56,165 nt of DNA, from contig NC_068989.1 in NCBI RefSeq assembly GCF_001194135.2, positions 74,822,129 through 74,878,293 on the forward strand, written 5' to 3'. This document shows positions 48,541 through 56,165 of the stretch, in pieces. Every line of letters starts with the position of its first letter. Positions within the stretch are counted from its first letter, which is position 1. The translations under genes were made by a program, and so were the position numbers. The DNA comes from Octopus bimaculoides. Lineage: Eukaryota. The notes under the pieces were generated by a model, which ran no database searches, was not told the DNA's origin, and was given only the letters and a program-made list of their open reading frames with translations.

Positions 48541-48726
48541 AGGCGTAGGATTGGCTGTGTGGTAAGTAGCTTGCTTACCAACCACATGGTACCGGGTTCA
48601 GTCCCACTGCGTGGCATCTTGGGCAAGAGTCTTCTACTATAGCCTCGGGCCGACCAAAGCCTTGTGAGTGGATTTGGTAGACGGAAACTGAAAAGAAGCC
48701 CGTCGTATATATGTATATATGTGTGT

Positions 48727-48766
<40 letters not shown>

Positions 48767-48960
48767 TTGTCCCCCCAACATCACTTGACAACCGATGCTG
48801 GTGTGCTTGCGTCCCCGTAACTTAGCGGTTCGGCAAAATAGACCGATAGAATAAGTACAAGGCTTCCAAAGAATAAGTCCTGGGGTCGATTTGCTCGACT
48901 AAAGGCGGTGCTACAGCATGGCCACAGTCAAAAGACTGAAACAAGTAAAAGAGAAAAGAG
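48541..48960 (+). mobile_element. tRNA-derived SINE family B, full length with internal (TG)n
   Basis: A-box-like tggctgtgtgg, B-box-like ggttcagtcc, CORE-like cttgggcaag, and a 3' gactgaaacaagtaaaagag tail. At least 5 copies in the window. Confidence 0.92.
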
Positions 48961-49606
48961 AAATCAGTTTCTCGAATAAAAGTATGTAATATTTATCTAA
49001 TCAATAAACAGTCTAGAGAAATACGAAATTTATATCATTTCGTTAATATAATTTTTGAGAGCATGTGTAAAGCATAAAAGTAAAGTATTTTTAAAGGGAA
49101 ACGTAAATTTGTTGCTGTCTTATAAATTTTCAGAAAAATAACATAGATTAAGAGACAACTTATATTAGTTACGTTTATATTAAAGCTTTAGACTGTTTAG
49201 CAAAATCTATTGTAATTCATAGAGCTAATTCATATAGCTTAACACTCCAAAACATACATTGGTCATCCACGAAAGCTTCAGACATATATGTATGCTGGGA
49301 CGCCGCCGTTTGCTTTGCTACTTTTTCACTAAACCTCCTGTGATGTGTGGTATTTGGTGAATGAAGGAGTTTAATGTTGCTAATCTCATCTGTGATTCTT
49401 GCCTTGAGGTAGGTACATCCGGAACTCTTGACAGAAGATCCAGTTTTATTTTGAAAACGCCTACAGATCTCTCCGATTGTGAGGAGGGAATATTGAAGAG
49501 TTATGGGCCCTTGAAACCCAAGCTGTTGCAGTACCGGCCCTGTATCCTGATGGCAATGTTGGGAATTTTGATATATATATATATATATGCATGTATGTAT
49601 ACGCAC

Positions 49607-49637
<31 letters not shown>

Positions 49638-50268
49638 AATATACACACATATTACATATGTGTATGTATGTGTATAAATACATATATATAGAAATAAAAT
49701 ATTTACGCACGCTATCAAGCATAACATGTAACCAAAGTTAGATGTATATAAATTTTGTATTTTCACTATTGGCTTGTTTGAGCATGTGTGCGCAGACACT
49801 AATGTGCATACGTGTATGTATGTATAAATATAAGTGCATATGCATATGCATATATATATATATNNNNNNNNNNNNNNNNNNNNNNNNNNNNNNNNNNNNN
49901 NNNNNNNNNNNNNNNNNNNNNNNNNNNNNNNNNNNNNNNNNNNNNNNNNNNNNNNNNNNNNNNNNNNNNNNNNNNNNNNNNNNNNNNNNNNNNNNNNNNN
50001 NNNNNNNNNNNNNNNNNNNNNNNNNNNNNNNNNNNNNNNNNNNNNNNNNNNNNNNNNNNNNNNNNNNNNNNNNNNNNNNNNNNNNNNNNNNNNNNNNNNN
50101 NNNNNNNNNNNNNNNNNNNNNNNNNNNNNNNNNNNNNNNNNNNNNNNNNNNNNNNNNNNNNNNNNNNNNNNNNNNNNNNNNNNNNNNNNNNNNNNNNNNN
50201 NNNNNNNNNNNNNNNNNNNNNNNNNNNNNNNNNNNNNNNNNNNNNNNNNNNNNNNNNNNNNNNNNNNN

Positions 50269-50357
50269 CGGAAATTAAACTCAGAACGTAAAGACCGACG
50301 AAATATCGCTAAGCATTTCGCCTGGCGTGCTAACTTTTCTGCCAGCTCGCCGCCTTG
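50269..50357 (-). mobile_element. SINE family A 5' end (reverse), cut by a gap
   Basis: Reverse complement of aaggcggcgagctggcaga...gttctgagtt. Confidence 0.85.
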
Positions 50358-51467
50358 CGTGCAGCACGAATTTTGTCAGTGAACAGGTTGCGGTCTCAAA
50401 GCGACGAAAATATTTTGGTAAATTAAATTTAAATGTTGAAGTGAATCTAACGGTTTTTGTGTGTTTTTAAATGGCTTATAAACACCTTCCATGCTGCAAT
50501 TGTTTTTGTTTCAGCACACGATCTCAGATCAGGTCACTTGCTATGCAAGTACATCTCCGTGATATATATATATATAGTTGGAATTTACCAAAAAAAAAGA
50601 AAATACGAAGACGGGTGTGTAAACAACAAAAAGATGTATTAGTTTAACGCCCGGGGAAGTGAGAAAGTCTTTTACGTTTCGAGCATACGCTCTTCAACAG
50701 AAGGGAACACAGAAATAAACACAGAGAAAAAATAAAAAAAGGTTTAGTGGCTAGCGGTCATTCATGGCGAATGCTGGAAAGATGTGGTCAGACAGGAGAG
50801 CTAGGAAAGAGGAGATATAATAAAGTAGTGGTGATCCCAAAACGAAGGTACACGTGCATGTGTGTATATATATATATATATATATACATATAATATACAA
50901 ATATATGTGTATATATGTACATACATATGTATGAATGAATATAAATCAGGTAACTTGACTCCATACAAGTAGCTAGAATAGAAAGTTTTTCATGACCCTA
51001 TCAGTCAGAAAGAGGAACATAAAATAGAGCAATCACAAATGCCATAACAATAGCCCAAATTTTCATCAACCTTTTTTAGATCAACACAAAAAAATGTATC
51101 ATCAAAAATGGTACAGGAAAATGACAAACGATATGGACTTTGCAGTAACAATTGAGTCCGTTCAATAGTTGACGTGGACATGAACATTTTGATATATTGG
51201 AGAACAGGAGAACTGGCCATAGATAAACTGTCAAGTTCCTGAAAGAAATAGACACACGCTTTTTACATTTATATGATGTATATCTTACATGCATTTGAAT
51301 AGATCCCAGAAAATGTGATTTTTTTTTTCGAATCAGCATCTAAGGATTTTCAGTTCAAATTGTTGTTAATTGTTCTACTTGTTTAACATCAGCTAATTCA
51401 CGGTCAAAGGCTATCCTGTCATATATTCAGATTTAGTATATAATTTGCTGTCCATTACCTCCATCTT

Positions 51468-53612
51468 TCAAGGCTTTGTGGAAGGATTCGCAACAGTTTC
51501 TGGCCTTTCAAGTGACGATATTCCACACTGGTTAAATTCATACAAGTTTCGCGTAACGGCGGAGTTAACTGACAGACTATTTTGTGCATCCGTTGATTTT
51601 GTTTCACGAGCAGAAGACACATCAACAGAATTTTTTGCGGGCAATTTTATAATTATTTGCAAATTCCGCAGAATACTGCGACGAACAATCTTTGTTGATA
51701 GAAACGATACGCAAATAAATATTCCAACGAATGAATTTAAAATACAAAATAATAGAGAAAATTCTTCAATTCTTGTAAACGTATACAGAAATGCGAATGC
51801 CCATGTAAGTCCCATGATAAAGAATAGTTTTATGCAAATGATGAACTCATCTTTATTATGTTTTGACAAATATTTCGAAGAAAGTTTACCGCTCAAATAG
51901 AGCCCTCTAGCGGTAAGGATAAATGCTATTATATTAAGGCATATAATAAACATTACGGGGATTGCAAAAAGCCATAGCAGACTTTTTCCATTTGTAATCC
52001 AGCAAATACCATTTCCATATTCTGGAGAAAGTCCATGATTTCCAGGTGTGTACTCGAATATCAGTGAAATAGTTACTATTACAAGTGGACAGATCCAAGC
52101 ATATAAGGAATACAATACAAATCTCTTGGTATGTTTTTCTTTACTTCGAAGTTGTGTAAGTCCTGAGAAAGTGTGCCAGGCATCAAAAGACATGACATTC
52201 ATCCAGAAGAACGTCGCAAGAAAGGAATAATGCATCACCACAGCTAAAGATTTACACAGCACTGTAGATGTAGTGACTTGTGATGAGATAAGAAAGAGAA
52301 GCTCAGCTACAAACAGTGCTGACAAAAGACTAATGAGTAATTTACCTGGTAAGGTACGGAGATCAGGTATACACAGATAGACTATAATAGTGATTGCGAG
52401 AGCTGGAATAGAGATCACGAGTCCCACTAATGTGATATAGCCGTCAACTACGGAATATTTTGATATACCATTGATATTTGATATATTATTGGTACCATTA
52501 TTTACACACATATTTATTATACCTTGAGAATCACGAATGAATTCTGATTGGTTCAGCAAACGTTGGGTATTATTTAAGTAGAGACGACCATCACTGGTGA
52601 TGTAATACTCAGATTCATTTAATCTTGTTGTCGTACAGTTTAGTGGAGGATGGTAGATAACTTGCCGGCATTCCTTAGAATTCATATCGTAGACAGCATG
52701 TTCTGGACACGATGGTAACTGCAGAAGCGTATCTTCCGTTCCGAAGTATTTATCTGTTACCTTTATGGTTTTTGTATGATAATTGAAGAGGATTGTAAGT
52801 GGCTTAAATGAATCTAATGGAGGATATGTCATTCGGTATTCTACTTCACACGGAACTTCAAAAATCCCGTTACATGTAGCACAAGGTTTGTTTTTATATC
52901 GAATTAAATGTTCTTGGTTTAAGTTTTCGTATCGAATTAAATGTTCTTGATTTAAATATATCAACGCCATGGGCTCAGATTCACACGCCATTCTTTGTTC
53001 TGTATTGTTGTTATCTTGAGGACAATTCGAAATATATGGAATACAGGAATACAAATATTTCTTGAAATCCTCTGAAGGACGAAAATCTGTTGATCGACAT
53101 CTTCCATCCTTGACATTGGTTGATATACTATCAACGCTTAGATTAGAGATGCGATAGCATCTATATAAAAGATTCCAAAGAATGAATTCCTCTCCATGAC
53201 AGAGAGCGCAATATAGGTTCCTGTAGAGTCTTTTACTTGTTTTACCAAAAGCAGGAATGGACTGCACTTGATCATCTGAGTTAGAGTTTTCACAGTTGTT
53301 TACGTACTCTGTAACATCATGGTTAAGTGGACAACGGTCAAACTGATAATAATAATCATCACTAACCTTTCTACAACTATAATATATTGATGGATAGGGT
53401 TGTTTGTGGTCAGAAGTGGTTTTATTAATCTTGTCCGAACAGCATTCATTGTAGAGGTAGCAGTCCGGGTGACACGAACAACGTTTAGGTACGCCATGTG
53501 TGGCAGGATCAGAACACAAAGCTGGGCTACAGTTGTTGAAGAATTGTGCAAGTGATGCAACATTTGAAAAGATTATAAGAGAAAGCACAAGCAACTGAAA
53601 TGATGTTACCAT
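51468..53612 (-). CDS. Class B-type (Methuselah-like/SMB-domain) 7TM GPCR, copy 5, 714 aa, inverted orientation
   Basis: Intact ORF. The ATG at 53612 (ttttaaaATGG, the same context as the paralogs) is preferred over the track's TTG at 53633. Has a C-terminal extension and an internal 11-aa duplication. Confidence 0.95.
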   Translation of the reverse strand: MVTSFQLLVLSLIIFSNVASLAQFFNNCSPALCSDPATHGVPKRCSCHPDCYLYNECCSDKINKTTSDHKQPYPSIYYSCRKVSDDYYYQFDRCPLNHDVTEYVNNCENSNSDDQVQSIPAFGKTSKRLYRNLYCALCHGEEFILWNLLYRCYRISNLSVDSISTNVKDGRCRSTDFRPSEDFKKYLYSCIPYISNCPQDNNNTEQRMACESEPMALIYLNQEHLIRYENLNQEHLIRYKNKPCATCNGIFEVPCEVEYRMTYPPLDSFKPLTILFNYHTKTIKVTDKYFGTEDTLLQLPSCPEHAVYDMNSKECRQVIYHPPLNCTTTRLNESEYYITSDGRLYLNNTQRLLNQSEFIRDSQGIINMCVNNGTNNISNINGISKYSVVDGYITLVGLVISIPALAITIIVYLCIPDLRTLPGKLLISLLSALFVAELLFLISSQVTTSTVLCKSLAVVMHYSFLATFFWMNVMSFDAWHTFSGLTQLRSKEKHTKRFVLYSLYAWICPLVIVTISLIFEYTPGNHGLSPEYGNGICWITNGKSLLWLFAIPVMFIICLNIIAFILTARGLYLSGKLSSKYLSKHNKDEFIICIKLFFIMGLTWAFAFLYTFTRIEEFSLLFCILNSFVGIFICVSFLSTKIVRRSILRNLQIIIKLPAKNSVDVSSARETKSTDAQNSLSVNSAVTRNLYEFNQCGISSLERPETVANPSTKP

Positions 53613-54188
53613 TTTAAAAGATATAGTAAACAATGTAATGACTGATCCTAAAAGTCCTGGTTATATATTGACAATTATTTGTAATTCTAAATATATTTGT
53701 ATTTCAAAAGTATTTGTTTTGAGAAATGCAAGTAATTATTACTTTAGTCATAAAAATGTAATTATCTTGNNNNNNNNNNAATTATTTGTAATTCTAAATA
53801 TATTTGTATTTCAAAAGTATTTGTTTTGAGAAATGCAAGTAATTATTACTTTAGTCATAAAAATGTAATTATCTTGCTGTTCTCATGCTGCATGTATATC
53901 TTGGCACTGTTCATTAGTACTATTAACGTCAGATGTATTCAATCCGTCTTGTGGTTTTGGTTGTATAAATTCGCTAATATCTAAAAGTACCTTTGTTCCT
54001 ACATGGAATGATGAATTAGTTTCAAATTTATTTTGGTTGGTAGTTGAAATATATGAATATCAAACGTTGAAAGTTACGGCACTGGCTATCTGGTGATATA
54101 TATATATACGTATGTATATTTATATGGGGGGGGGGGGGTACTTGAGAAATGTTCAGGTATCTGTAAAAGAAAAAAATATTTAAATAAC

Positions 54189-54341
54189 TCAGCAGTCCGG
54201 GCGACATGAACAACGTTCAGGTATGTCATGCGAGGAAGGATCAGAACACAAACCTGGGCTACAGTTTTTGAAGTATTTTGCTTGTGATACAATATTTGAG
54301 AATAGAAGTGATACCAGAAAGAATTGAGAAAAAATTACCAT
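54189..54341 (-). pseudogene. 5' fragment of a sixth GPCR copy (signal peptide plus first cysteines, 50 aa)
   Basis: ttttaaaATG start; MVIFSQFFLVSLLFSNIVSQAKYFKNCSPGLCSDPSSHDIPERCSCRPDC* is homologous to copy 4's N-terminus. Homology stops abruptly at gactgc|tga. Confidence 0.9.
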
Positions 54342-54827
54342 TTTAAAAGATATAATAGACAAAATTTCACCTATGAAATCCTGGTGATACCTAGATATTA
54401 TATTCAATTGCCGTTATTTTCGGGTCCTAAAATGTACTTTCGAAATTTTGCAGTTTCCTAAGAATATAACTATCACTTTAATTACGGAAAGCAATTGTCT
54501 TTCTGTTTCCACATTTGTTTCTACATCTTGGCACCATGCATGAGTAAATTTAGTAACTCATGTATTCCAGCCTCATTGTAATGGCTGTAACACAATATCT
54601 CAATTATTTAACTCGATTCTTATTCCTAAATGGAATAATGAAATTATTTTTTCATCAGATTTAGGTAGTTAGATGTCTTCGATATTAAATATTGAATGGT
54701 AGTATTTCGGTTGCGTATATTCGTAGATAGTACTTGTATCTGCAAAAGAAGAAACATACCATTACACAAAATATTATTGTAAACACTGCTCACGTACACG
54801 TACACACACATATAAACACACATATAA

Positions 54828-55060
54828 GGCGGCGAGCTGACAGAAACGTTAGCACGCCGGGCGAAATGCTTAGCTGTATTTCGTCTGCCGCTACGTTCTG
54901 AGTTCAAGTTCCGCCGAGGTCAACTTTGTCTTTCATCCTTTCGGGGTCGATTAAATAAGTACTAGTTACGCACTGGGGTCGGTATAATCGACTTAATCCG
55001 TTTGTCTGTCCTTGTTTGTCCCCTCTGTGTGTAGCCCCTTGTGGGTAGTAAAGAAATAAC
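54828..55060 (+). mobile_element. SINE family A, full length
   Basis: aaggcggcgagctgacagaaacgttagcacgccgggcgaaatgcttagc...gttcaagttccgccgagg...ggggtcga...cccttgtgggtagtaaagaaat. Confidence 0.9.
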
Positions 55061-56165
55061 ACACATATAAACACACGAACTTGCAATACATGTACACACA
55101 ATTCAGCTCTTACTAAACTAATTTACCAATTAAGGTTGTCTTGCAGTTAAAGTAAAAAAAAAAATCTATAGTTTTCTGTATTTATTTAAATGTATTATAG
55201 TATATTATACATTTACTTTAAAATAAATTTTATTTTCACCTATTCAGAAAATTAAAACATTTACACTTTTCTCATATTCCTACCACTTTAACGTTGTTGT
55301 CTTCAAATGCGAACTATGTCCTGTTTACTTACCCGGATCTGTGCAGCTATTACACTCTACAATATTCGAGGCATTATGCCTCCGCTCGAAATATTCCACC
55401 GAACAATTAGTAACGGATCCATCACCACCATGCCACAATTATTAACTAAGATACACTGTTCCCTATATTAATCCTAAATGAGGCATCTCCTACTCTGACA
55501 TAGCAAACTCAGAATGTGTCAAAACCTACAGAACACACATCACTTATTGTGTTACCATTAATGTTTCTCATAGTAAAGGTTTATTCTCTAGTACTGTAAA
55601 CTACGAGAATTACAGTACCCATAATCTTTGCACAGAAACCAACAAACATATGATCAAGCTGAACGGCAACAGCTTTCTTATCGTCTGACAACAAATGTAC
55701 ACTAAGATGGCAGATGTTGTCGCATATATATTGCTGTTTAATAATGAAAAATAGAAATATATTACCTTCAAATTGTATATGAAATGGACAATTATGCTCT
55801 TCCACTCCTTACTTAGATTTTGCATTAGAAAAGTGCAAAATGGAATTATGATAGATAGGTTTCTTTATTAGCCACACAGGGCTCAACACAGAGGGGACAA
55901 AATACAAATGTAGAGTTTTTCTTTTCGAGGGGGTCGAAAACAAAGCAGAAAAAAACAAAAGTGGGGACAACGATGAAAAAAAAACATCGCAAAACGTTTG
56001 GGGTATTTACAAAAAATACGAAATAATACAAAAAATTCCCAATAAATGGGGAGGTTATCCGTGGAAAGAAAAACCTACGAAAAGACCACGGTAACCTCGG
56101 TCTTTAGCGTCACACTTTGTTAAATAAAATTTCTTTTATTTAAGCAAGAAACGTGAGTAACTCTC

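Noticed and set aside
48541-48615. tRNA-like sequences (also 101-190, 20738-20800, 54828-54915)
   Set aside because: These are SINE heads with A/B boxes continuing into repeat bodies; no complete cloverleaf is evident.
53613-53633. Track start of copy 5 at TTG 53633 (721 aa) and of the fragment at 54407
   Set aside because: Non-ATG or upstream starts; all paralogs begin at the (t)aaATGG codon directly before the signal peptide.
53673-53876. Exact 97-bp direct repeat flanking a 10-N gap in the 5' UTR of copy 5
   Set aside because: Identical sequence on both sides of a minimal gap is the signature of unmerged overlapping contigs.

Overview
Eukaryotic, AT-rich draft-assembly DNA with many N-gaps. 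It is inferred to be octopus/cephalopod from the SINE families and microsatellite load; this is not confirmed. The core of the window is a tandem cluster of single-coding-exon class B-type GPCR genes (Methuselah-like / SMB-domain 7TM, no GPS motif). There are four intact copies (3017-5008 +, 31675-33714 +, 40159-42201 +, 51468-53612 -), one recent two-lesion pseudogene (22830-24861 +) and one 50-codon 5' fragment (54189-54341 -) directly upstream of the inverted copy. The 7TM region and membrane-proximal stalk are nearly identical between copies, while discrete inter-cysteine loops of the ectodomain are hypervariable. All six starts are preceded by a conserved splice acceptor, and four carry a position-conserved GGAAANNGAAA (IRF/ISRE-like) motif. 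Several kb of upstream non-coding DNA were duplicated with the genes, including one orphan block with no gene. The rest is decayed mobile DNA: R4/Dong-like and Tx1/L1-like LINEs, Penelope-like elements, mariner/Tc1 relics, a TIR element and tRNA-derived SINEs. Most short ORFs in the track are microsatellite, gap or shadow-frame artefacts.
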